From Bugula neritina (lineage: Eukaryota; Animalia; Bryozoa): a stretch of DNA of 64,000 nucleotides. The notes beneath the pieces are model-generated. The model worked only from the letters and a program-made list of their open reading frames with translations. It was not told the DNA's origin and did not search any database. A program made the position numbers and the translations under genes. Location: the NCBI GenBank assembly GCA_964035545.1, contig OZ037768.1, positions 18,645,700-18,709,699 on the forward strand, given 5' to 3'. The number at the start of each line of letters is the position of its first letter. Position 1 is the first letter of the stretch. This document shows, piece after piece, positions 46,801-59,800 of the stretch.

Positions 46801-49194
46801 TCATTGTCAACTGCGTTAAGATCCTTGGTAAAGATATTAAGTATGTCATATACAATGTAAGTCAAATTTTTGTTCTATTTACAGTTTAAACAGTTTCACC
46901 AAACTACTGATCACTGTTATACTCTCATGTATATATACAAGAAGGTTCAGGCTGCATTCATTTACTTAAAAGCAATGGTATAAATTGTAAAAATGTTTAA
47001 GTGTATCCTATTGCAGCAATGCTAGTAGTAGTAGCTGTTCCACTAGCAGTGGTGTTACTAATAGTATTGGTAGTGCTATTAGTATTGGTGGTACTAATAG
47101 TAGTGGTAGTACTAAAAGTAGTTGTAGTACTAATAGTAGTTGTAGTACTAATAGTAGTGGTAGCACTAATAGTAGCGGTAGTGAGTTCAGTCTTCAGTAT
47201 TTATTCAGTTAAAGCTGATGGCCTTTTGAGAGTTTTATATTTTATATTATTGTGTTGCATTGTCTAGGCTATAGCTAATGGAGATGTTACTGTGGACACA
47301 GATGACAAGCAATTCGAAGGAGATCTTGAAAAGTGAGCCTAACATTTGTCGTATTTAAATAATCTGTCTGTTTTAATGTCTCTGATAATGTATTCCAAGA
47401 TTATTCAAAATGTTTTTTCGATTTTGGACGATGTATCAGTATAATCACATTGTCATATCATTGTTTTAGTAGTTGGTGTTAGTGCTGGGGTGATACAATC
47501 CTGCTTTGTTGTAAAGCTGGTCTACACTAAATACCTTAAGAAATGATGAGCTTACATTAATTTTTCTACAAAAAAGCCATTTAACAAGCATTCTAGCATT
47601 CAGTTTTTTGTTGGCCTTGTTTACATGTTACCCCCAAGTTCCTGGTGACTGCAGTCTGGGGTGATTGTAGATTCCATGCTGCCTGTACTTTGTCCGCTCT
47701 GCTAAGCAGCAGCGCTGAGTCAGCTGCTAGCAGTGAAACTTCTGGTTCTCTCATTGATCTGGAGCCTGAACCACGCTCAGTGACCAAGAAGCATGTTAAT
47801 ATTCTCTCAGTTACATTCAGAGATGGACAGATCTCTTTTAGTGATCATGGTTAGTCAGTAATCTCTGTAGTAAACTCATAATATTCTATTAACCCTTGTA
47901 GTCTAACCATTTTCCTATAGTAATTTTTACTTTTAATTTAGTTAGAGTTAATGCCATTTTTTATATTTCTTACATAATCGTTTATGCCAGTCTCACCTCG
48001 AAAGGTAAATTACTAAAGTTATGCTGCCTATAAGCAAGGCACTGCTAGAACAGATATTAAAGCCATAAACGTAATACTTTGTACTCTAAACCTGCTCTGA
48101 TGTGATAGAGCAGGCCATTGTAATTTATATTATGCTGTCATTATGATTGTGCCACTGATTAAAGGGTTAAAGTGCTCTTGTAACCATTACTTAGTGATGA
48201 TATGTCTAATTCCTTGCTGACTGTCTAAACTCTGAAGTATTGGAGGAAGGGAGAAGTAGTAGTTTTTTTAATTATCAATAATATATTAACTTTCTCTCTT
48301 TAGGGTGTTCTAATTTCTGTGAAAGGTGGGCTCAATCACTTTTAGAGAAGTTTGCGTATTCTTGTGCTCAAGATGGGGATGTTAACCCTCTTAGTCTGAG
48401 GACTATCACTGAGATGTACAAACTAAAGGTGAGATTACTTGCTGTTATTTAAGGATAATGTTTATTCGTGTCACATACGTTAAATATTCAGTGTTACGAT
48501 TAGCAGCTTCATTGTAAATACCCAATGATATAATCCCCAATTGCATTATAAATTTGATTTGCACTGATGTATTGACTGTATATTATATTGTAGACAATCC
48601 AAGACATGAATACACTGAAGAGAGCAGTAAAAGATGCGGAACTTGATTACTATGCTTTGTTCAGGTAGTTGTGCTATATGTGTGCTATATGTGTGTTCTA
48701 TATGTGTGCTATGTGTGTGCTATGTGTGTGCTATGTGTGTGTGTGCTATATGTGTGTCTACAATTTGTGTGTGCTATGTGTGTGTGCTATGTGTGTGCTA
48801 TTTGTGCATGTGTGCGGTTGGGCAGGTGTGTGTGTGTGTATACAGCAGCTGTTTCAAGATTTGTCTTCTCACCAGTACACAACAGAGTACCATGTCCCAC
48901 ACCTTTGCAATGAAATATATATATTTTTATGCATATTTTGTATATATGTGATACTCAATAATGTGATTATTTTGTTGAATCAATAGCTAATGTTTTAATA
49001 TTCGACTACTTAACTTTAAATTAGATGATTATTCTGTGTGTATGCCCAGGTCACTGGTGTTTGTAAGAAACTCAGGGAACAGTAATATATTGCTCATGCA
49101 TGCCATAAACGAAGAGCAGACGGATGAATCTGCGGCCATTTTAAAGTTACTGCAAGAAAAAACTGCACCAGGTCAAGTTCAGACAGTAGGTTAG
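43877..49194 (+). CDS. C17orf75: Njmu-R1 (C17orf75) homologue
   Basis: Exons 43877-43935, 44063-44188, 46102-46267, 46734-46856, 47268-47332, 47671-47849, 48304-48428, 48594-48664, 49050-49194 splice in phase. Motifs SFLEKRLTRG, CYYC, VCF..GLESFR, FCERW, KLKTIQDMNTLKR, YALF match recalled Njmu-R1. The start codon is uncertain. Confidence 0.9.
45268..45394 (-). mobile_element. Thr-SINE copy, internally deleted
   Basis: Reverse complement of the family head and body (ATGCTCTTTCTAACATCACCAATGG ... CTGCTCCC). Confidence 0.75.
45717..45921 (+). mobile_element. Thr-SINE copy flanked by a 24-bp direct repeat
   Basis: Near-consensus copy; CGATAGTATCATGATGATTGTGAA at 45693-45716 and 45922-45945. Confidence 0.92.
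47040..47182. repeat. (GTA)n-like low-complexity repeat
   Basis: GTAGTACTAATAGTAGTTGTA units in an Njmu-R1 intron. Confidence 0.85.
48670..48840. repeat. (TGTGTGCTA)n/(TG)n microsatellite
   Basis: Directly visible tandem units. Confidence 0.9.
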
Positions 49195-50894
49195 GCCACG
49201 CCCCTTTTTCTTGTGCATGGTGCTCTAGTTGCTTTTCACGTTGAATAGCGAGTAATAGTAATGCAAACTCAAGCAATGAAGTCTAGTCATTTCTATTATT
49301 TTGTGGGCTGCATGTCTTTGGAAACTATGCACTTCAAAAGTATTGATATACTATTTTTGTTAACTTCATAGTTTTCACGGCTAAATATTTTTGAATATTT
49401 ATACATTTTATCAAATAACTTCAGGTATATTTTTGAATGAATTGTTTAGAATTTGATGCAAGTATTTTTATAATTTTATGTGAAATACATAAAAATAAGT
49501 AATATACTAGATAGTATGGTAAATAACTGTATTGTTGATATGTAAATAAAGCATAAAATTGGCATTTCTTATGCAACAGTACAATAATAAGCAATTTACA
49601 ATAGTGTTATGGTGATGCAACACCCTATTTACTGTATGTAATGTCTATGTTACATGCTTAATTCATATTATGATAATGTTGAACCAATCTAGTGGTTATA
49701 ATACGGTATCACTGTTTATACTCAAAAACATTCCGAGTATTATTTGCCGTATAAAATAACCTAGTGTTCTCCATTATATAATAATGCAATAAAATCCCCA
49801 AACATTACATTTGCAAATGGATACGATAGCTTTTTTTGTAACTTTCAATTTATTTAAGACTTTATTCACTGAAGTTATTTTGAAAAATTATAAGATAAAG
49901 TTATTTATTTCTTTTAGTTAATTTCTGGAGGTTTTCAAAAATAATCTATAGGCTACTGGCCGATTTTTAAAAGGTTGAGTTTCATGTTTTCTCAAATACT
50001 TAAGGCAAAACTTGCATGAAGCTTGAACATGTTTCATTCTTCATCTAGCTGCTTGGCGATATTCAAAAGAAAACTTCAATAAATTGCCATTATGTTATGA
50101 CAAGCATGTGCACCAAGTTTATTGCAGCGGATATATTTCACTAGAATATTACCTTATAAGGCTGTAATTTCAAAATCATCTATAGGTACATGCAATAATT
50201 TTCAAAATCAGATGAGTTTATAACGTTTGATGAGCATATTGATTTTTAATAATCTTTATGATGCTTCCATAGCCAGTCAAGAAAAACTATAATATATGGA
50301 TTAAATTCACAGTATCGATAATTATTTTCCTGAGATGGGCTTTAACACAACCTCACTGCGCAAAAACATAAACTAAAACAAAGTCCTTTCATGAAATTAC
50401 TGGATACTTGTAGGTATTTATACTAAGAGATAAGATGCTGTTCCAGTGCTTCGAATTGCACATGGATTGTAAAATTTCTAGACGCTATAAAATAAAAAAT
50501 ATGATCTACAACACCAGCTGCTAGCTATATTGCACATCAGGAGCTCCTGGTGACGAATGCATAGTTTCACATTACATGTCATGCAGTAGAGAGAGTTTGA
50601 ATAGCAACACAATCAAGAGATCAAAACACAAAAGTTGTGCCCACATGGGCTTCACAGAGTCATATAATATATATGTGATAAATCATAATAACTGGCACTG
50701 CGTATTCCATAAGTCATGGCAATGACCATTACATAATGTAAAAATATTGAAATAACTTTGCTTGATTAAATAGCCTAAGCGCTTGAGAATTTGAAACGAA
50801 ATTGTTTGATTACACTAGTGTAAGAACATGTGAAATTCATGGGAGGCAGATCATCATTTATATAATGAAGAGATTTATTTAGAGATGTGCTTCA

Positions 50895-53800
50895 TTATGC
50901 AGCACTGTTTTTATTGTTGTTGATTTCCGGTTCTTTTTTACTCGGCCGCCGGCTGTTGGACTCTTCAGGTTCGCTGTCACAACCTTCTGGGCTCCCACGT
51001 ACCGTTTTATAGAATTCTGCAGACGTCTTTCTTTCGTCATCTTCATTGAATTGCCAACCATGGCTGGTTTCGTACATACGAAGCTGGTTGACAGGTATAC
51101 TTCCTGCATTAAAGACGCATATCAATTTCAAAACAGCTATGATAACAATAATATATAATAGTTCATATTTACTCAAATCCAACGTTTCAGCATCCTTTAC
51201 AGTTATTTAAGGGTTATTATTTTATAATACTAATAAAGTTATATGCACTTTATCATAATTTTGCACAAAGTGCTTATAAATGTGGTAACCACATGAGGTT
51301 TGAAAAGCAAACAAACTGACAGTATCATAACAAATAACTTCATGCTGATTGTATGTTATAGCTAGCCAAGATAACATTTTTCAAGCATAATGCTTTTAGG
51401 ACTTTACATTAAATCACACACTTGAAAATGTCCAATTTTTCTAAACTATGAAACTACATCCAGCTTATGGAGAGGAATAAGGTTGTAAACATCAGACATA
51501 TTTTTGTAAGCAAGGTCAAAGATTGCATTGCTTGTAGTAGCGTTTAAATTCTAAGCTACATGAAACTTCTGAGTCAGCCTGTGAATGCCTTCAGTACATG
51601 TAGGTTGGTGCTTGGTAAAGGTTGGTGACACAAAATTTAAACTAAATTTTGTCTTTACATGTAGGTTAGAAAGTATGGTTTTTGCGGTTGTCATGTTGAT
51701 TAACAATCACTCAGTACAGGCAGCAGACTAATTGAAAGTAATTTAGGTGCAGTAGTGGAGAAATTCAGATAGCTTAAGTTCTTCAATGTTCATAATAAAA
51801 TTTAGTTGGGGTGCAGGTTAAGATTCTCATAATAAAACAATTTCTTTTGCAACATTTATTATCTAGAACACAGGCTTTTCTCAATTTCTCCCTTACTGTA
51901 TCCACTTCAGTAATTAATGGTTGTAAATATAGTGTTGAATGGCAAATGAACTGAATAGGTTTCCCACACAAAACAAGTAACAAGAGGTTTGCCGTGTATG
52001 GGCAGTAGATCATTGGTTCAAGTTCATGATTTTAGATCTTGAAGGAGTCACCAGTTGCAGCGCAAACCATTTAACCAAGAATTGTGAAAGCACTTTATAT
52101 GCCTATAAATCAGGAGAGGGCAGGTGGGTGAAGGTTTAAAGCTGTTTGGGAGGTCTGTTAATAGCGAAGATATAATTAAAGTTGGTAACCAGTAGTCATA
52201 GTTTGATGTTATATCATATGCAAGAAATTTTTTCACGTCAACATTTTAATAAAAGCAGGTAAGCCATGACAGTTACAACCCATATTATATTATATCACAT
52301 GTTGCTCACAAAAAGCAAAGGAGAGCAAGCATACATTCTTCACATGTAATTCAAGGACTGATACAACATGGACAGCTTGTACAACCTTCATTGATGCTAA
52401 GAGATGAACTGTGATCACTAGCACTGTCAGGAGCTGCTCAGAGAGTCAGAGAAAGAAAGAAGAACAATAACAAGATATAGTGTATATAAATAGTCAAACT
52501 AATAAATTCACTTGAAGTTCTATCACACTTTCAGCAGTTGGCAGCTGAGTTAGATAAAAAAACTGATATCTTGTTGTTTGCTGTGCTGATGCAACGAGTT
52601 AGGTGCAGTAATGGAGAAATTGAGAAAAGCCCGTGTTCTAGATTAAAAATGTAGTAAAAGAAGTTATGTTCTCACAAAAATTTCTAACCGTGATTCAAAC
52701 CAAAGTTTGATAAAAAAGCCAAAAAAACTTAGGCAATCTCAATTTCTTCACTACTGCTCCTAAGTAGATGCAACAAATGTGACGCGTCTCCACGAATTGA
52801 CTGAATCCATACTGTACATATTACATTATATGAAAAAATTGAATGTTTCTATGGTTATGGTTTCATTCAATTGACACTGTCCCTAAACATCAAAGGAAAA
52901 ATCTATTCACATACTGAGAACCATGAAACGAAGTAACAGAAAGCCTAAATGCATTAAAAAATTTATAGCCACCATTTCTGTGAAAAACCCCTGATGGAGA
53001 GGGTTTTTGTTAAATCGGGCTAAAGATTTGTTCAAAATACTTTTTCTAACAACACCAATGACTTCGTGTTCACTAAGTAAACGCCTTAACAGTTTAACTC
53101 ATAGACCACGGTTGCTCCCTAAAAAGCCTAAAGTGCAATGCTGCACTTTTATTTCAAATGAGCTACTATAGTTTAAATATTCACCATATGTTTTAGTTTA
53201 CAAATCTACTAAGTTGAAGGTCAAAACTTGTACCTCTTCTGCAGTTGGTCTCTAAAGCAGCGAGTGTCATGCTTCCTCTTTTGAAGTCATTTAAAGGCAT
53301 GCTGCCTCGTCTTATACTTTTCCTAAGACTGGACTGGGTGCCGGCGAATGAGCGAAGATGTTGGAAGTCCTCTATAGAAAACTGGTCACGGGCTAACTTC
53401 ATTTTAGTGGGCTTTCGAAAACCGTTTGGCATTAAATATAAACTGTCGAAGCTACTTCTGCAAAACAATTCAAATAAATTTCACGTAAGCCAAATAAACC
53501 TTATTAATTATTAATACTCTTACAATTGCTATATTATAAAGCATAATTCAAGCTAGATGATAAACTATATTCTAACAAATTTTTACATATAAACAGCCAC
53601 AGATACTAATTCAGCGATGACATGAGAGCACATTAAATATGCTTATTGACATCGCGAGTTAAGGTACACAGTTTAGACATTATAGTAGTATGATATTTAT
53701 AGCACTGTAACCTGGTTGAATTGCATCCACTTTCGACAGCCACAGCTTCTGATAATCTCCTGAATCTGCAGATAGTGTCTTCACCATTTAGCCAGTGCGT

Positions 53801-56800
53801 CAGCACCTGGCCTTTACCCTGAAAACCAGGTAATAGATCTATACTCAAGAAAGGTACGGAAATAAATGTCAACAATATATACATATACCATTAGACTTGA
53901 TGGGGAAAAACATTTAATCATCATCTAGACAATTAACTGCTCAAATAGTTTATGAAAATCAGTTAATGATAAGAAAAAAATTTACAAATCATATTTTTCT
54001 ATTTGAGCAAATATGCCTATACTTATACATAAATGCTAACTGATGTATTTGTTTGACAAAATTAACCTAATACACAGCTTATTTCAATTTAATCACTTTG
54101 GTTTTACTTGTAAATTATAGACATAAATTTATACATTATATAGTAATAATATAGACATTAAAGTAGCTTCATACCTTCATATCAATAAGCCCTCTCTCTT
54201 CTAAATAATATCCTCCTAGTTTATCGAGAATATTTTTACACTGTTCACTGCAGTGTATCCGAGAAGCTGCAAATTACAAAAATAAGCTTTGTTATGATGA
54301 AACCAATTTGAGTAATATTCTGACATTTTTTAATACACACACACACACACACACACACACGCATACACGCACACACGCGCACACGCGCACACGCGCACAC
54401 GCGCACACGCGCACACGCGCACACGCGCACACGCGCACACGCGCACACGCGCACACGCGCACACACGCACACACGCACACACACGCACACACGTCCTTCA
54501 TTTAATGACCAGACCTAGCAAATAGTCGTTATAAAATGAAACTACTTACGTAAACCATGTGATTCCATTCTAGATGCTGTATTTACTGTGTCTCCAAATA
54601 GGCAATACCTTGGCATCTTGATACCAACTACTCCCACTACCACTGGCCCAGAGTGGATGCCTTCAAACATAGTTTGACACTATGAAATGCAGTTTTCTAA
54701 TAATAGTTATAGTACATAGCAGCAACCTCTTTAGTATAAACTGAAGAATTTATAAACCGTGGAACTGATTTGTTTCAAAACCATTTGTCAGTTGCAACCA
54801 TTCATACTGAGCATGCATCAGGCAGGCTTGACAACTGGTTCAACTATTCCAACGTTGATGCCTCAAACATATGTTAAGAAAATAGTGCAATGGAGGACAA
54901 GCTAAGCTAGTACAGTTATCATATGACAACTGTACTAGCTTAACTTGTCCTTCATTGCACTATTTTCCTAATATTTTATACTTTTAAAGACTGTAGTAGA
55001 AAAACATATTTTTGAAAGATTAACTTTTAAAACCATTAGTAGTTCCTGTGATAGACTATTTTTATTGATAAATACGTGATTTATATAAACATTACTCTGA
55101 CACACAGTTGTCACAGTATATAACATCCTTCCTACTTTCTTGCCACAAGCCCAGGAAGTTAACAACATAGCTTTCACATTTTATGAAAAACTTGGTCACA
55201 AGAAATGGATACAAGATTGCAGCAGTTGAATAGAATGAATACTGCAGGATATAATGTACTGGATATGCTGGACAGCTAGAACTACACATTTTTATGGTTG
55301 TAAAGGTTTTTACCGATCCGAAGCCGTAGCTTCTCTCCAGGACGATGAATGATTTTGTAGTTCTTTAGAATAGTCAAAAGTTCTAAGCTCATAGAAGCAA
55401 TCTCTCCAGCATGGTTGTCACCATTTCTCTTTGGCAACCCTAGAATGTAGGTAAAGCAATAATAGACGAGAAAATTGGCAAATGTATCCTTCAAATAAAA
55501 CATACAGCAAATTGTCTTTAAAGCAAGAACATATTGGAGAGAAAAGTTCAAAGAGAGTAGAAATATTATTTACATAGGAAGAACACTGGTCTATAAGCAT
55601 ACTCACAAAATTGTGGTTACAAACTGCCTTTTTATACATTAGCATATATGTATGAATACACTTGCACATTTGAATATTGCAAAACATTGCAGCTCTTTGC
55701 CAGCCAATAACTCAATGAAACCAATCAAACTGTTCATGACATAACTAAACTTGCTTTATTTTACATAAAAGTTGAATTTATGAAATGTTTTTAATTGACG
55801 CCATGTATGACTGCATGCTATAAAATATTAGCAAATATAAATATATCTTTACGAGCTAGCAGTTTTTTTGTCAACTCTAATTTATTTTTTATGCAAAGAA
55901 ATCAGTATAATTTTTGACTTGCGTAATATATAAAATAAGATTATCTCCCTCAGTTTCAATAATTCACAATAACTGCTACTCTCTATTCTTTGTGTCATGC
56001 ATAGTGTTCAACGTAACGTAATAATTTTTGAATTTCAATCATTCATTGCTACTCTAAAGATGGGCACAGTGGTGCCCGAAATATCAGTATAATTACTTTG
56101 CCTAATAAAGTAATAAATCAACAATGTTTCTCGTATACTTATTTATAATTAGCAAATATATATTTTTTGAATTTACTAAATTCATGAAATCAAGAATTAG
56201 AAACAGCACAGTAAATATAAAAAAAATTAATGAAATTCATGTAATGTTTCAGTTAAGGTTATAATGAGAGCAGTACAAAGAGAGCAATTTCATCATGTAC
56301 TGCATGTCACACTTGACTTTACAAGACATACAAGTTTGCTAATCAATAATAAATCAGGCTTAAGTTCTCTGAATTATACTGAATTCTCAATTCAATTTAT
56401 TAGTTCTAGAAACTTCTATCTTACCTGAGACAACCATGTAGGCATCTCCTATGGTTTCCACTTTATAGACATCATAGTTGTTGATTATTTTGTCAAATTT
56501 TGTGTACAGATCATTCAAGAAATTTACAATCTACAAAAGTTATTGATCTTGTTTTACATAAGCCTACACCTTTAAACATCACATTTCAAAAAGTTCAAAG
56601 GCAAGTTATTTATTAGCTATATGCTGCCAATAATAATATAGAATTCAGGTATCTGATCCTTGTATACCTGATAAGGATTGCTGTCAGCACAAAGCTGGGT
56701 GAAGCCAACAATATCACTGAAGTAAATGGTGACACACTCAAAGTAGCTGGCCTGAACAGTGTTCCCTCTTTTCAGATCATCAGCCACACTCCTGGAGAGA

Positions 56801-59800
56801 AGGAAATATGTATAGATTAGATTATTACTAACAACAGTTTTACAGAATTAGAGTTGTTCGATCATGGTGGAACGTAAACTTTTAGATGCAGCAATGGAAA
56901 CTGTTGGTCTAATAGCGCAAACTATTATTCAATTTGGTGCTCAGTATGTTACAGGATTTTAGGTAGAAATGGCAAAGGTAATAATGGCACAGGTAATAAT
57001 GGCAAAAATGGAAGAGTAGGTAAAAATGGCATATTGAAATTAAATTTGCCCAAACTCAAACCCCACATCCCACCCCCAAACCCAAACCCAACAACGCAAC
57101 CTTAAACTCCAATATTGAAAATGTGCTATTTTTTCTTACTTTTCCATTTCTGTCCTTATTACTTGTGCCATTGTTGCCTGTGATATTGTTAGTGTGCTAT
57201 TTTTACTTAATTTGCTATTTTTATCTGTGCCAATTTCACTGGACATCAATGAAAGTCAATCAGCTGCTGCTATAATGGCAGAAAAAATATTCAGTTTGAT
57301 GCTCTACTCACCTTGGCAGCATTCTATATAAGAGTTTATCAGTTTTCTTCTTTTCTGTGATTAACTGGTGCGTCCTTTCTTCAACCACACTTTCTAGATT
57401 TTTTGTATATTTTTCAATTCGCTCCAACATGTTTTCCAGAATATTAGAGCCACTAAAAGCAAATGTCACTGCAGAACTTCTCTGTGTTATTTTCAACAGA
57501 TATTATTATATTACTATTAGAATAATGATTATTTTTAACAAACCATCCCAGTCATTTTAAAATGAACTGAATATTCAATTTTAAAATGCTATGCTTACCC
57601 TTTACACAGATTACTGTAAAATTAAATGGAATATTAATAATTATTATAGTTTAAAATCTAAATTTGAGTTATTTTAAATTTGAACAAAAATATTATTTTT
57701 TTTAGGAAGAAACTGAATCTTACAATTTGTCCCGAAGAGGCTTGAGTTTCCGGCCATGTAGTATTTTGAAGTCGGGCCGAGATTCCGGTATCTCTGCCCA
57801 GCATTCTTCCATACACTCTTTGAGATACGAGTCTGTCTTTAAATTTGCTGAGTTTGGTCTAGTCAATGGGACTGTTCCATTTTTCACATTCATTATAATC
57901 ACTGTCAATATATCATATTTTAGCTATAATTTCTTATGAGATCAAAGCTGATGTTTGAAATCTAAAACAATCCTTGTTTTAAACTTTGCTCTGTATAGTC
58001 AACCCCATTTTTGTTTATTATAGATAAAAGGCTGTATATATGCAAGTGACCTATTGACTTAAGATATACTTTCATAGAGATTATGAGTTATAACTACACT
58101 CTTCATAAAACAAGCTAATAAAAAAGGTTAGAAGAAACATTTTATGTGTATAAACAACTAAATACTTTTAAACAGTTTTGATTGGGTCGATAGGTTTATA
58201 TGGGAACTTTCTCAATTTGCTATTTAAGTAATACACAGCAAGTGTATTCTTCAAACATTTTATATGGAGTTAAAAGCACATAATTTAAAGAGCACCTTGA
58301 TCCTCAAGCGTTGTTCCTCCCCATGGACCAAGCAAGGCTAAAATCTCATGTAAAATAATGCTAAATGAGTAAACATCCCCTTTCTGTGTGCCGTTGAAGC
58401 TGTCTGGCTGTCTCAACAGCTCTGGAGCTCTCCACAGGCATGCTACAAACAATTATTTACCTTTAAGGATGGCTTAAGATGGTTTATGAGCACCTGCTTG
58501 TTGTTCTAACTCTGTGTATAGACTATGATTCAAAAACTGTAGGCAAAATAATAACAGTTCTCACAGCTATCTATGAGCAAAGTTACTTGTTGATCCCTCA
58601 GCCCTAATGATTCCTAGAGATTCTAGCCATGCTAATGCAATCAGTACTCAAAAGGTTATATAGATTATCTACTTTATTTAAGCACTAATGTATACCATAG
58701 CATTATATTATTTATATAATAGAGTATAATGTGAATTCTTCAAAAGTATTCACTTACAGTTTAGTTTAAACTATTTAGTGTAAATTTGATTATTACCTCT
58801 CCAATACTTTTCTTTATGACCATTCTTTATTGCGTTATATGTGCTGTTACAATTTCTGAAGTGGTGCAAACCAAATCCACTGATCTGTAGGACGAACCTG
58901 CTATCCACTAAGCACTTGCTAGATTTCAGATCTCCATGAAAACCAATTGGACTGCTGTGTATAAACACCATGCCCTACCACAAAACTTTAACACTCGTAT
59001 AACAAAATTCATAAGTGAAAAAGCTGACAATTTCAAATACTCCAATTGGGACAAACAGATAATTAAAAGCAAATCTATTTTATTAAACACTTCAACAAGT
59101 CAGGTTGTAACTTTTAGATAAAATCTGAGACAGATAATTAAGCAAAAGATAAAAATCTAATTTAACCACCACACAGAAATGCTTTATTAGGGCTTGTGCA
59201 TATTTCACAATATATAAACAGCTAGTAAAATTACTACTTTCAAAAATTATTTTTATGAAAACGCCATTAGTTTTAAGCTTGGTTGGTTATAGTAAATTTG
59301 CTGAATGTTGTGAAACTTTGCCATTGTCAAACATGAAAATACTTATTGGAAAATGGTGAAGATCAAATGTTGAAGCTATAACAATAGTTAGAGTGTCTAT
59401 ATTATATTGCAGCGCTAAAAACTCTTATAAAATCCACTTGTTGGTCAACAAAAAGTGCATACTGTGTATTCCATCTCCTGCTATGCATTGTTTTCCTCAT
59501 GAATGTAACTTACTTGAGTTTATATCCTATAGAGTAAGTGTAAGTGCATGATCACATAGAGTAAGTGTAAGTACATGATCACATGGAGTAAGTGTAGACA
59601 AATTACCACATAGAGTAAGTGTAAGTACATCATCACATAGAGTAAGTGCAAGTACATGATCACACATAGAGTAAGTGTAAGTATACGATCATATAGAGTA
59701 AACTTGTAAGTACATGATCACATGGAGTAAGTGCAAGTACATGATCACACAGAGCAGGTGTAAGTACAGGATCACATAGAGTAAGTGTAAGTACATTATC

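Noticed and set aside
47001-47267. Poly-Val/Leu ORF
   Set aside because: (GTA)n intronic repeat.
54245-54505. CVCARVR/HTHTR ORFs
   Set aside because: (CA)n/(CACACGCG)n microsatellite.
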